Shown here one piece after another: positions 54,001 through 64,000 of a stretch of 64,000 nt of DNA. The stretch lies in NCBI GenBank assembly GCA_951406725.2, contig OX597819.1:27838001-27902000 (forward strand). The letters are read 5' to 3'. Both the position numbers and the translations under genes were made by a program. This stretch comes from Octopus vulgaris. Its lineage: Eukaryota. The notes beneath the pieces were generated by a model, which searched no databases, had not been told where the DNA came from, and saw only the letters and a program-made list of their open reading frames with translations. Within the stretch, counting starts at the first letter, position 1, and every line of letters starts with the position of its first letter.

Positions 54001-57000
54001 ATTGCTGTTATTTTTATCTTTTAGACAAAAAGTAATACAGTACCCATGACCCCTCACAGAGCCTCTAAGACTTGAAAGAAAGTGGGAGAGAAGATGGTAT
54101 TCTTAAATGTCAAGGCGGCGAGCTGGCAGAAACGTTAGTACGCCAGGCGAAATGCTTAGCGGTATTTCGTCTGCATTACGTTGTGAGTTCAAATTCCGCC
54201 GAGGTCGACTTTGCCTTTCATCCTTTCGGAGTCGATAAATTAAGTACCAGTTACGCACTGGGGTTGATATAATCGACTTAATACCTATGTCTGTCCTTGT
54301 TTTTCCCCTCTGTGTTTAGCCCCTTGTGGGTAATAAAGAAATAGGTATTCTTAAACTAGAGGCCTAGTTTGAATGCTTGCATCAGAAGATGCCACTAAAG
54401 GCACCGAAGGTGGCGGGCGATGGTGTTAAACTGAGTGATGGATTATGTATATTACTTATCTAGGTGAAGGTGAGATTTAAAGCTAGAATGCAATGGGATG
54501 TAACAAATTCCACCAGGCCTCTGATCTAATGTCCTTACAATTCTGCCAGTCCACAGCCCTGGATTGGTACTTGTTTTGTTGACTCTGAAAGAATGAATGG
54601 CAAAGTTGATCTTGACAGGATTAGAACTCAGAGCACTGAATGTCAGAACAAATACCACAAGGTATTCTCTCTTTTGCTCTAACGAATCTACCAGTGTGTC
54701 ACAAGAATATTTCACATCTTTACTCTAAAGCTGTAAATGTTACAGTAAATTATTCAAATTGTTTAAACGAGTTTACTTGGTGTTGGATATTTTAAAATTA
54801 AATTGAATATATATTTTGACTGGGAAACGTTTTTGTACAAAGTATTTCTCAAATAATTATTTTCAAATTCAAAACACTGCAATTTCCATGACAATGCTTT
54901 TGTCATGTAAATTTACTATGCTCAAGATCGTAACTGCTTGTTATAAATTGGTTCCAAGCTGCTTGAAAATGATGGTTATCTTAAAGTCTAGTTTTTAACA
55001 GAATTCCCTTTTCTAGTATTGGATTTTATGATTTATAATGGCCTAAACTATCATCTCTTTTAGTATGTAGAGCTGGTAATATATAAACAGCACTACATGA
55101 AATGTTAACATTCATTACTCTTCATATTGTAGCACTAAGACCATGGTTACTGAATCTTCGGAATCAATATGGGACACAGAAATTTGTAATTGTTGTAAGT
55201 TGTGTGTGAATGAATAACTAAAACAGTGTGCAAAGAGTTCCTCAAAAAGAATATATACCTCTAGTACTGGGAATTGTGGAGGCACATGGCCTTGTGGTTA
55301 GAGCAACAAACTGGTGGTTGAGGCATCGTGGGTTCAAATCTCAAACCGGGCGATATGTGCATTTTTGAGTGAAACACCTAATCTCCATGCAGCTCCGGTA
55401 GAAGGTAATGGCAACTTCTGCTGACTCTTTCACCACAACTTCCTCTCACTCTTTCCTCCTGCATCAAGCAGTCCACCTGCGATGGACCGGCGTCCCATCC
55501 AGGTGGGGAATTTATATGCCAATGAAACTGGGAAACCAGCCCTTATGAGCCAGGCATGGCTCGAGAAGGAACAAGCAATAACCACAATGCTATGAATTTC
55601 CTGCAGTAGCATATGGAGCTATACTCCAGAATCTAAGCATTTTTACAGAATCCCAATTTAAACTTGCCTTTTTAAAAGTCATATTTTATGAGCTACATAA
55701 CACTCATTATTTTACTATTGAAAATATAATGTTGGAAATCCAAAGCTGACAGTATTGTAGCTAAGTTGATTCAGTGAGTTGACAGGTGACTTAGTATTTT
55801 GCCCCATTCTGTTTTCATTTAGTGAAAAAAAGAAGTATTTTTATTGGGCAGAATTCTTTATTTATAAAGTAAGTTCATTGTAGGTCTTTATAACAACAAA
55901 TTCAATGTTAATTATCAATGTATTGCTTACCGTAAGGTGGCAAGCTGGCAGAATTGTTAGCATGCTGAGCAAAACAGCTTATCAACATTATGTCCATCCC
56001 CATATTCTGAATTCAGATTCCACCAAGGTCAACTTTGCTTTTTCATCCTTTTGGGTGCTGATAAAATTAGTACCAGTTAAACACTGGATCCCATGTAATG
56101 AATTTACCCTCTCCCCAGAAATTGTGTGAAAATTGGAAATCAGATATATTGCTTACCTTTTTAGCAGTGTTTTGTAGAATTTGGCAATATCCACAGATTG
56201 CGCACTTTCAAGTGAATTAAAATGAGAGCATCTTCCAGATATATTGGTAAAACAATGTAGTAATAATGGAGACGTTTTTGTTTCCTTATTTAAATGCATC
56301 TTCAAGATTTTTTAAAATGATCTATTTTGATTATAGTCCAAATATATTCATTAGAACTTTTGCTGCTCTAGAAGCAACATTTGCGCTTAGAAATAAGTTC
56401 TAAAATACTAGGGAGGTGCAATCCCTCAAGAAATACCTATGTGAGTACATTACTGTATGTAGCAAAAGAAAGTATATTTTGCTATGAGAAATAATATTTC
56501 ACATGTTGGTACTGATATTCTCATAACAGAAACATGAGTATTTATTGGTTTAACTGGTTTGGTCTCAAGGCTATGCTCATGGCTTATAAACCCTCCAAGA
56601 TCTTGTGTTGCTTGGTATCATTTTTATTTGTGCGTTCAAAAGAAAATGATAAATTATTGCATAAAGTACATACCACACCTGATTGAGTTTCTCTCTCTCT
56701 CTCTCTTTCTCTGTCACTGTCATGCATAGTTAAATTCATTCTTTTTGCTTTTCTAGGATTCATTACTTCTTGAATATTTTGGTAATCACTCATTTTAAGT
56801 TCTATATACAAATTAGAAACATGACTTTATGAAATTGACGGAGCACAGAAGAATTTAACTGAATAAGATATGAACTCATCAGAGAGAGAACACCTTATGT
56901 GAGTCGGTTCTCCCACTGAAATTACTGATAGTGTTGTCACAGTGCCTATTGAAATCTTAATGTCTTTAGCTGTGACAATTAGCCAAAATAGTCCATTTAG

Positions 57001-60000
57001 ATCAAGCTTTATAACCTTCCAGTGATTGTTTGAAATTAAACAGTGCAGCCATGCTGGTCACATTTTCTGAGCTTTAAACTCAAAATGTTACCATTTCTCA
57101 TAATTAAGTTCCATTGTTGTTAAGAGCAATAGAACTAAAAGACATAACCGTTCTGATATTTGATGTTTGAATCTTCACCTATATGCCTGGCTGGTACACT
57201 TTGTCTATGCATGAATTGATATTTTATACATCCTGTTGAAACATTTCCTACAGCAGAGACAATTGGCAACGCTGGCCAAGCTGATAATAGTGCAGGTGAT
57301 TTAAAGAACGGATACAACTTACTATTAGTAATCAATAAGGACAAAAAGGTTTTAATCTTTGCTGCTAATCTATGTTGGGTGAAAACATGTGTATCTTGGA
57401 TTTCAGTAGACAGTTTAGTTCAAGTTGGAAATAAACTTGCATGCAGGATATGTATGAAAACATGGTGCTATTTTATCAATGAGATATGGACATGGAATTG
57501 TGCCAAGTTGCATATAGAACTTAGACTTAAATGGTATGCAGTTGAATAAGGGAGATAAATATGCATATTGTAATGTTGGAAAATATTTTATTGAATTTCC
57601 TGTACAGTAATATTTTAACAGATGTTTTATTTGCTGTTCTGTTGATGAATAATTATTGCATCATCTATTTGTGAAGGCCAAATTGATATTCAGAAATGAT
57701 TCTGAACTGTTTGGGATTAATTACAAATGATACCATCATTTCTACATACGGTTTGTTTCATAGTAGGAAAAAATAAAAGCTATCCTAGTAGTTCTTAAAA
57801 CTAAACTTACAATTTAGTTGTTTAGAAAGTTGCTTTTAAGGTTTTCTTATGATTTGTTGCAAAAGTAAAATATATTACAAGAAGGTATGGGCATAGTTTT
57901 CTGGCTAAGGCAGCACGGGCTTAGCTGTGTGGCCAAGAAGCTTGCTTTGCAACTATGTGGTTTCAGGTTCAGTCCCACTGTGTGACATTTTATGCAAGTG
58001 TCTTCTACTATAGCCCTGGATCAACCAAAGCCTTGTAAGTGTAGTCAGTAGACAGAAACCCAAAGCAGCTCATTGTATATGTGTATATCATCATCATCAT
58101 CATTTAACGTCTACTTTCCATGCTGGCATGGGTTGGACGGTTTGACTGAATGTAAATATCATCCTGTCATGTTAATCTGTGAAAATTGACCTTTGTTTTA
58201 AAGATTTGCATCTGAATCTCTTGTTTACTCTTGCATTTCAAATGATGGTTTAAAATTTAAAGTGAATTTCTTCCTCTTCAATATCTTCTCTGTGACAACT
58301 TAACATAAAAATGACAAACTTGTCTATAATGAATGGTATAATACACAAAAAAAAAGGGACGAATTTTGTGCTTTGCAGTTAGCAATATGAATACTTTACT
58401 CTAAGGAAATATTTATAACTTATAATTAGATGTTAAGAAATATTATAGACCATTTACTGAAACAGTTACACCCTGATTGAAGAATAATAGTATATTCTTG
58501 TGTTGTTGACATATTGTTACTGAGAAGATCTGCTTCAGTAAGAAGTTTGCTTGCCAACCACATAATTTTGGGTTCAGTTCCATTGTGTGGCACTTTGGGC
58601 AAGTGTCTTCTATTATAGCACCAGATTGACCAGTGCTTTGTGATTGAATTTTATTGATAGAAACTAAAAGAAATCTGCTGTGTATGTATGTGAATGTATA
58701 TGAGTGTATGTATGTTTGTGTCTCGTTGTTTTGATTCCTCCTATTAGTTGTGAGTGTCATTCATTTCCAATTATCGTTTAACGTCTGCTTTCCATGCTAG
58801 CATGGGTTGGACGATTTTGACTGAGAGCTGGCAAACCAGATGGCTGCACCAGGTTCCAATCTTGATTTGGCAGAGTTTCTACAGCTGGATGCCCTACCTA
58901 ATGCCCTGGTCAAGGGGATGTATTGCCTTGCTTGGAAACAAGTGAGGCTTAGCAATAAGGTCTATGATCTCTGGTCATAGAAAATTGCCTTAATAAACTC
59001 CATCCACCCCATACAAACATGGAAAAGTGAATGTTAAAATAATGATGATGATGATATGTGTGTGTGTGTGTGTGTGTGTGTCCTCCTCCTCATCATCTTC
59101 TTTTAACTTTCATTTTCCATGCATGCATGGGTACGATAGTTGACAAGAGCTGGCCAAGTAGAAAAACTACCCTATGCTACTCTGTCTTTTTTGGTAGGGA
59201 TTTTACAGCTGGATGCCCTTCCTAATATCAATCATTCTGCAGAGTGGACTCAGTGCTTTTTATGTGGCACTAGCACAAACAAGGTTAGTTTTGGCATGAT
59301 TTTTACAGCTGGATGCCCTTCTAAATGCCAACCACGTTACAGTGTAGACTGGATGCTTTTAACGTGGCACCAGCACTGGCAAGGTAACCAAGTAACTTGC
59401 TAGACAAGGAATTATGAGAGGTGCAGGGGCATTTGAGGAGGGGAATTTGTGTCAGAGGATGAAAAGATAATGTGACAAAGAGACAGCAGGTGTCTTGCCA
59501 CAGCAGAGGGGGTCATTAGAAGAGGTGATCCAGTTTCAGATGATGTAAGGTTACAGTGTAACAGAAATAAAGAGGCAGAAATAGGTGTCTTGCTATAGAG
59601 GAGGTTACCCAGTGTGAGAAAGAGAGAAAAAAATAAAGAGAGGGGCCACAAGAAAGAGGCCAGAAACAAGTGTGCTGATGTAAAGGAGACACTTAGTTAC
59701 CTAGTCAGAGAAAAACAAGAGAAGGAGAGAGAGTGTGACAAAGGGGAAAGAAAGAGAGAGTAGGAAACAGCTGAAGAGAGATATTGTAATGCTAAGGTAT
59801 ACTCACAAATAACAGGGATCTGAGCACAGAATGTGGGTAGAAAAATAGGGTGTGGGTGTTGGGGAGTAGTGATACAGTGAGCAGGGCAGTGAGGGCAAGA
59901 AAGGGGATTGGAAAACAAACATAGTTTATAAGGAGAAAATGTGAGGAAGAGAAAGATGCAATTTAGAAGAGGGGTTGTAGTTTGGTTTCTCAGGGTAGAG

Positions 60001-63000
60001 TGGGTGAAAAGTGTGTTGTTACATGTGGGTGGGACACAACTCCTCTAGCACTCAATTTCGTGGATGGATCTTCTCAAGAACCTCATACTGCCAAACATCT
60101 TGTCATTTCCTCCATGAGCCCCAGCATCTTAAGGTCAGTCCCCACCACTTCATCCCATGTTTTGAATTTGGATATACAGCTGGTAGTATGCCATTTAAAA
60201 CCCATTCACTGGCTATCTGTTGTCTTCATCAACAGTATAAATATAAGTTCCATTGGGTTTACTTGAGTAATTCTTTTGTGCCTGTAGAGTTTATAAAATG
60301 AGAGAAAGAGACAAAAAAATGGAATTCCCATTAGTGATTAATAAAGAATATTGTGAATTCCATTTTCTTTCTCTTTCTCTCATATGTTAGGAGGTGAAAT
60401 ACATACAATATTCATTAGAATAAAGAATTTATATCAAAGAAACAATGAAAAATGACACTTTGGTTTCTACAATTTTATCATCAAATAAAAGTTGTTTTGT
60501 TGTTTGTCATTGTTTGAAGTGTTTTACTGATTGAAGTATTTGCTGCTTCCTTCTTCAGGTTCACGATATGTCAGCTGGTTACCAAGTTTCTCTGTTGAAG
60601 TCACACATACCCAACTTTTACCTAGCAGGCTGCCTGCCGCTCAAACCTCTGTAGTGGATAGCATGGTAAAGTGTTTTAAGAGTTCTCATTGTTAACCATT
60701 TTAATTTTTCTTAATATTTTTCTCTTTTTTTTATATTTTTGTCAGAAGGGAAGGCAGTGCTTGTAACTCTTTACAGGAGCCTCAAGGACTTGTTGGAGGG
60801 AGTGGGTAAGGTATCCTCAAACTGGAGACCTGGTCCAAATGCATGTAATAGTGTGCTCCCTTAAAAACACCTAAGGACAAGATGGTAATGTTAAACTGGG
60901 TGCTGAGTTCAGTCAGCCCTCCAAATTGGCTCTTGCAAAACTCAAGTCGAAGAACCAGAACAAATACTAAAAGGCATACAGCCCGATGTTCTTAGTTCCA
61001 TTAACCCACCACCTTGAACTGATACTTTTCTGTTGACCCTAAAAAGACAAAAGATAAAGTTGACCTCAATGCGATTTGAACTTGTGATGCAGGGAGTTGG
61101 AGGATACAGTGTGTGACATTCTATTTGACTCTCTAACAATGCCACCAATGTACTGCTTTAATTGTTATTAGAAATAACTAAAACCAGTCTGTTATATTTC
61201 CTTATTTCCCAAATTTGAATATTTTTCTACAGAAACTTAACCTGTTGGTCAGATTTAAATCAGGAAATAGTTCGTGAACTTTTTTTGTTTATGCTGCTCT
61301 TATAAAAAAGGAGAAAAATGAAATCTCAGACCTTCTCAATTTGTTAATATTGAAATATATTTTAAATTTTATGCTAGTGAAGGTAAACTATCCCTATTTA
61401 TGTATCTGTGTCTCTCTCTCTCTACTGATATATATCTCACCATCTATCTATTTCTCTGAATACAAGCATCCAGACTTGCTCAAACAATTCATATGCAAGT
61501 ATCCAGCTTTGCAGAATCTATTCCTGTAAAGTGAGCCTGGATGTGAAACTGGGTGGCAAGGATTAAAACTTCAACCTGAAACCCACCAGTTCAGTTTATC
61601 CATTTTGCCCTCATCTCTATGATGTATGTTTTGAGTGTACATGTTTATAGTTTTAATTATCAATCTTATTTGTTTTGTGTTTTACAAAGCATAAATAATG
61701 TAATCAGAAACATTATTTTAATGAATTTTTTTTTTCTATTCTTAAGGCTCGTCAAGTCCACTTGGTGTTTCCTCACATTCCTTTGAATGTCATCAATGAT
61801 GACTTGCGTATCACAAGATCTGTTGATCACACTATTGACAACATCCTGGAAGGACGTGTAACCATACCAACAGTAAGCCGTTCAAATCTTTTCTTTTTTT
61901 TTTTTATACTGATTCTTTAAAAGCTGTGATCTTTTTAGCTTATAAAGATTACAGAATTGGATAATTATAAATGATAGCAGTGGATATGATTGACTATGTG
62001 AGCAACTAGCAAGAACCATAATTTGCTAGACTGAGCTGTTCTCATTTAGCACTGCTGACCAACTGAGATTGGTAAGTAACTATGGATTAAATTACTATTT
62101 TTTTCTGAAGGTCTAGTGTTTCAAGGTGTTGCAATAGTCTATCTAATGATTACCACACAACATACTAGTATTCGCTAGTGATGATAAACTAAATCTGTTT
62201 TATTCTGCTCTTGGATAAATATTCTATAAATTATACATAATCCCAAAAGAAAATTGGAAGACAAATGTCTGATGCTTGATTTGAATTTGGATTTACATGG
62301 AGTTCTAAGCATCAGTTAACCATTGTGCTATTTCATTTGAAATAGCAATTCTTCAACATGTGTGTGTTGCTTGTTTGTCTTGACTATTTGATAATTATAC
62401 ACAAGCATGACTGTCATACAAATGGTATCATTCATTTCCTAACTTTCCTGAGAAACTTGATTGGTCATATTACCTTTGTTGGAAACAAGTGAGGGTTGGT
62501 GACAGGAAGGGCATCCAAGAGTAAAAAAAATATGTCTCAACAACTGACTCATGCAAGCATTAGAGAAGTGGATGTTATAATAAAGATGATGATGATGATG
62601 GGGATGATGATACATACACACACACACAGTATTTTTTATTGTGCATATATTAATTATTGTATCTGTTTTACTCTCTCTCTCCACAGCCATCCCTGTCAGC
62701 AAACTCCTCTTCTACCCTCATTTCAACCCCTTCTGCATCATCTGCTACTCTGAATGAACAGCATGATGTTCAGACTGCTGCTGCAGTTGTCAGTGATGAA
62801 CTAGATCAGGTACCCAGTGAGGAGAACATCAATTCTTCACAGACAGATGCTCCATTTAACAACGGTGTCAGTGACCTCACAGATATTCCTTCCACTTCTG
62901 CAGTGGTGGCTCCACACAGCACACCTCTACTCAGCAGCAGCATGGAACTGCCTTCAGCTGAAAGTTTCCATTCATTTCGTCAACAGTCTCTTGTATCCGT

Positions 63001-63027
63001 TTCTGATTCAGCTTCTTCATCTAGCAG
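15367..63027 (+). CDS. AMFR: E3 ubiquitin-protein ligase AMFR/gp78 ortholog, spliced, partial (11 coding exons in window; 5' and 3' ends not found)
   Basis: Manual splicing of 11 AG/GT-bounded exons gives an uninterrupted 1589-nt frame with consistent phases. The translation contains AMFR hallmarks: LKDNFWNFVFYKFIFIFGV, LCKDRFEYLSFSP, LSMASLVIFMQLRYLFHE, RING-H2 CAIC..CGHLFHHSC..CPTC, NHFFHFDGSRYVSWLPSFSVEV and CUE FP..DL..TRSV..T.DNILEGR. Confidence 0.97.
15990..16400 (-). mobile_element. Degenerate RTE-like LINE fragment (older relative of 26258-27531); further fragments at ~42300-42800 and ~60055-60170
   Basis: cacatgatcataccagcacagtcgtttctcttgc matches cacatgaccataccagcacagtcatctctcttgc at ~27170-27203. 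Confidence 0.65.
18600..18790 (-). mobile_element. Decayed CR1/L2-group LINE ORF2 C-terminal remnant
   Basis: KTTSQRIAFLFSARKHFNPHQLQQIRSTL resembles the post-RT K.AS..L.FL.R.R..F....L..LYK.QIRP.LEY segment; recognised by eye only. Confidence 0.4.
20092..20313 (+). mobile_element. SINE 'family B', full length, TSD AGAATAA
   Basis: aggcggcaagctggcagaaacgttagc...gagttcaaatt...ctttgcctttcatccttt.ggg...aataaagaaat; agaataa at 20084-20090 and 20314-20320. Confidence 0.9.
22920..23084 (+). CDS. AMFR: AMFR exon: NLKDNFWNFVFYKFIFIFGVMNVQ...LCKDRFEY (TM region)
   Basis: ttttcag|AAC...TAT|gtgagt; 165 nt, phase 0/0; inside ORF 22881..23120. Confidence 0.97.
23790..24148 (+). mobile_element. Family C (RTE 3'-UTR) copy nested in a family A SINE; more family C copies at ~21985, 27567, 35230, 36287, 40741, 43855, 46905, 48246, 58088, 58772 and 59090
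   Basis: Conserved ggcgttaggaagggcatccagctgtagaaa...cccatgctagcatggaaagc.gacgttaaa(tga)n. Confidence 0.85.
26258..27531 (-). mobile_element. 5'-truncated RTE-clade LINE (frameshifted ORF2 C-terminus plus 3' UTR and GAT tail), TSD ATGGAAA
   Basis: Three - strand ORF pieces join to YLGD...ARIRIAWAKFRELLPLL...MLYGSETWA...LRWMC...WYGHV...RGRPRKTWDEVV, typical of RTE ORF2; stop at 26968; UTR runs to (CAT)n at 26260; atggaaa at 26251-26257 and 27532-27538. Confidence 0.92.
26605..26832 (+). mobile_element. SINE family B inserted in the LINE 3' UTR, TSD GGTACTGTCA
   Basis: 10-bp direct repeat at 26595-26604 and 26833-26842; very similar to the copies at 20092 and 54108. Confidence 0.93.
27864..29193 (-). 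mobile_element. Non-autonomous Helitron-like element
   Basis: On the - strand: 5' A|TC followed by TATAAAA and (GT)n at 29193; 3' hairpin GGCTGT-8nt-ACAGCC (27877-27896) 9 nt before terminal CTAG|T; no TSD. Confidence 0.65.
31560..31733 (+). mobile_element. 5'-truncated family B-related SINE with short tail, TSD TGTTATCCAA, inside an older degenerate repeat
   Basis: tgttatccaa at 31550-31559 and 31734-31743; core ttgcctttcatccttccggggtcgataaattaagtacc. Degenerate relatives at ~10810, 42900, 44165, 48520, 52110, 54520, 55935, 60950 and 63330. Confidence 0.8.
32867..33019 (+). CDS. AMFR: AMFR exon: LSFSPGTARWVHVKLLSLLGVIF...FAFMAAE (TM region)
   Basis: ttacag|CTC...GAG|gtttgt; 153 nt, phase 0/0; LSFSP and AFMAAE match AMFR. 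Confidence 0.95.
34628..36268 (+). mobile_element. Non-autonomous Helitron-like element containing a nested family C copy (35230-35475)
   Basis: 5' A|TCTCTATATTATAA...(GTTT)n; 3' hairpin CCCGC-7nt-GCGGG (36238-36254) 10 nt before CTAG|T (36265-36268). Confidence 0.72.
36880..36920 (+). CDS. AMFR: AMFR 41-nt small exon: CLILGIKIMYVMI(R)
   Basis: ctttttcag|TGC...CG|gtaagt; phase 0/2 exactly bridges the flanking exons; fills the position of vertebrate SLLVTVRTAHVILR. Confidence 0.88.
36990..37212 (-). mobile_element. SINE 'family D' body interrupted by a LINE; fuller copy at ~49330-49681 (-)
   Basis: cagttgatccaatcaa..aacag.ctgcttgtgaaattaa...tgagtggactgg shared by both loci; the 49330 copy has a tRNA-like head and CORE-like segment. 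Confidence 0.8.
37213..37556 (+). mobile_element. 5'-truncated LINE (second RTE-like family), TSD GACTGGAAC
   Basis: YTRLLTRAQNLSWKCHPT..IYG / RVQFAGHCCR...LLLW...RGR...MMDREVWR stop, then tgatgat tail; gactggaac at 37204-37212 and 37557-37565. Confidence 0.85.
38880..39184. repeat. Diverged tandem duplication, units 38880-39027 and 39028-39184
   Basis: Both units run cttatagcctacagcaga.ccaaaagtgt...ccacaactaatacagtc.ctgtatttcattttt.gacaaaattcataattctg. Confidence 0.9.
40041..40259. mobile_element. TTAA-flanked piggyBac-like MITE (~220 bp); other copies at 33495-33700, 30415-30634 and ~20528-20736, partials at ~22520 and ~44530
   Basis: TTAA|CCCTTTAGT ... ACTAAAGGG|TTAA; same internal sequence in both orientations at the other loci. 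Confidence 0.85.
40630..40674. repeat. (AT)n microsatellite; others at 3046-3070 and 51043-51082; (CAT)n 34357-34384, (CT)n 45039-45061, (AAT)n ~43095-43150
   Basis: Read directly from the sequence. Confidence 0.95.
47188..47490 (-). mobile_element. SINE 'family E' nested in the A-box region of another SINE, 14-bp TSD with one mismatch
   Basis: acaccctaaccact 47174-47187 / acaccctaactact 47491-47504; reverse-complement homolog of 55277-55585; (AAC)n-like tail. Confidence 0.85.
48794..48926 (+). CDS. AMFR: AMFR exon: YAIHLWDLNMDGIWEKRSLYVYYSEL...HHFHML
   Basis: tttatag|C TAT...CTG|gtaaga; 133 nt, phase 2/0. Confidence 0.96.
50890..51042 (+). mobile_element. Probable Helitron-like 3' end remnant
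   Basis: Degenerate GC-rich hairpin (cacgaccaatgcccgg) then tatctctgCTAG|T entering (TA)n. Confidence 0.4.
51401..51534 (+). CDS. AMFR: AMFR exon: LYGKIFLSMASLVIFMQLRYLFHEFQRRIKRHKNYIKVVRNMEA(R)
   Basis: ctctccag|CTC...AG|gtcagt; 134 nt, phase 0/2. Confidence 0.97.
51801..51911 (+). CDS. AMFR: AMFR exon, first half of RING-H2: FPMASASDLENCNDDCAICWEKMENARKLPCGHLFH
   Basis: tttatag|A TTT...CA|gtaagt; 111 nt, phase 2/2. Confidence 0.97.
52819..53421. mobile_element. 5'-inverted LINE insertion (third RTE-like family) with junction filler
   Basis: - strand HMVRMTDEQLPKQIFYSQL..GKR.KGGQKKRYKDSLK...FESKRSA continues on the + strand as SAELEEKRR*RKERQQQ / RCPHYDRSFQAKIGLIGHLRTHQ*; flanking repeat atacacat(at)atgcag at 52805-52818 and 53422-53437. 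Confidence 0.85.
53760..53944 (+). CDS. AMFR: AMFR exon, second half of RING-H2: SCLRSWLEQDTSCPTCR...NHFFHFD
   Basis: ttacag|T TCT...GAT G|gtagag; 185 nt, phase 2/1; inside ORF 53692..53991. Confidence 0.97.
54108..54343 (+). mobile_element. SINE family B, full length, TSD GGTATTCTTAAA
   Basis: 12-bp direct repeat at 54096-54107 and 54344-54355. Confidence 0.92.
55277..55585 (+). mobile_element. SINE family E (tRNA-like head; ctgcgatggaccggcgtcccatccagg block)
   Basis: A-box-like tggccttgtggtt, B-box-like ggttcaaatc; homologous to 47188-47490. Confidence 0.8.
60559..60665 (+). CDS. AMFR: AMFR exon: GSRYVSWLPSFSVEVTHTQLLPSRLPAAQTSVVDSM
   Basis: ttcttcag|GT TCA...ATG|gtaaag; 107 nt, phase 1/0. 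Confidence 0.95.
61747..61872 (+). CDS. AMFR: AMFR exon, CUE domain: ARQVHLVFPHIPLNVINDDLRITRSVDHTIDNILEGRVTIPT
   Basis: ttcttaag|GCT...ACA|gtaagc; 126 nt, phase 0/0. Confidence 0.95.
62687..63027 (+). CDS. AMFR: AMFR probable exon, Ser/Thr/acidic low-complexity linker after CUE (PSLSANSSSTLIST...SDSASSSS)
   Basis: polypyrimidine tract ctctctctccacag|CCA...AG|gtaacg; 341 nt open in phase 0 (ORF 62657..63031); assigned from phase and position, not from recognisable homology. Confidence 0.8.
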
Positions 63028-64000
63028 GTAACGTAACATCATCATGTCCTTTTTCAAAATTGAACATTTTTAAAATACCTTTAATGAGATAATTTTAACA
63101 ATTTTTATATATACAGGGTTGGTGGCCAAAAGTCACCTGACAGTAAATCAAAATTCCAGCTGTTGAGCTGTTTTGCACTGTGAAGAAATTATTTCTTTTT
63201 TGGTACATTGAGAGAAAGCCGAGTTAGAGTATTTAGTGACCTAGTTTTCTTTCCCTTCACTTTTTCTTTTTCTTAGAATCTGTTGAGCATCATTCTAAAT
63301 ATATTGCAGTATCTCATTACATTCCTTTATGCTCTGAGTTCAAATTCTTCCAAAATTGTCTTTGCTTTTCATCCTTTTAGGGTTGATAAAATAAAGTACC
63401 AGTATAAAGCTGAGTGTAAATGATTTCTCTTCTCAAAAATTTCTGGCTTTGTACTTTTGTTAGACTAAATATTTGTGATTAAATACTTTGTCCCCTAATG
63501 TTTGTAAGCTTTAATTTTTTTAAAGTAAATTTTTATTTTTTTCATTAAGTTTTATCTATATTCTGTGTTTGTTGGTTGGTTCATAAGATATTTGGTTCAA
63601 TAAGAACTTTCTTCATTTATTAGTGTAATCTACATTAAACATTCATGCAGTTTTTCAGTTCATATTAACCTTTTTCCTATCCAAAGCATTTTCATAAGTT
63701 TCTCCTAAACGTCCATGCTTGTTTTTCTGTCTTTTAATCAGCTCTTCTTTCATACATTCCTTTCATAAGTCTGAAGCTACAATACTATACTCAATTACCT
63801 AAAAAATTATACAGCAAATCAATTGTAAATATATATTATTTAAAATTAAGATGCATTTAAACAATATTATCAAAGATTTATTTTCACAACAAAACTGAAT
63901 ATAACAAATATAATAATACATACCAATATTAATGATTAATAGAATGAAAACATATTTACAAAACAACTGTATCAATAAGTATCATTAAATAAACAAGTAT

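Noticed and set aside
59410-59990. Purine-rich (GA) stretch with short antisense ORFs
   Set aside because: Low-complexity composition; no splice or protein evidence

Overview
AT-rich, repeat-dense eukaryotic DNA. Its SINE repertoire matches my recollection of octopod (Octopus-like) cephalopod repeats, so the organism is an inference. The window lies inside one + strand gene, AMFR/gp78, the ER-membrane RING-H2 E3 ubiquitin ligase of ERAD. Eleven GT-AG coding exons (15367-63027) splice in phase into 529 codons covering the TM region, RING-H2, CUE domain and a Ser-rich linker. The N-terminal exon(s) and the C-terminal G2BR/VIM exons were not found and probably lie outside the window. The introns hold several tRNA-headed SINE families, 5'-truncated RTE-like LINEs, non-autonomous Helitron-like elements, a TTAA-flanked MITE family, Penelope-like ends with degenerate hammerhead motifs, foldback palindromes and microsatellites. 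Most supplied ORFs are repeat-derived or spurious. I found no convincing novel multi-gene system. The best leads are the hammerhead-like repeat, a twin-primed inverted LINE with a foreign filler, a three-layer nested insertion that makes a long hairpin, and two other intronic hairpins.
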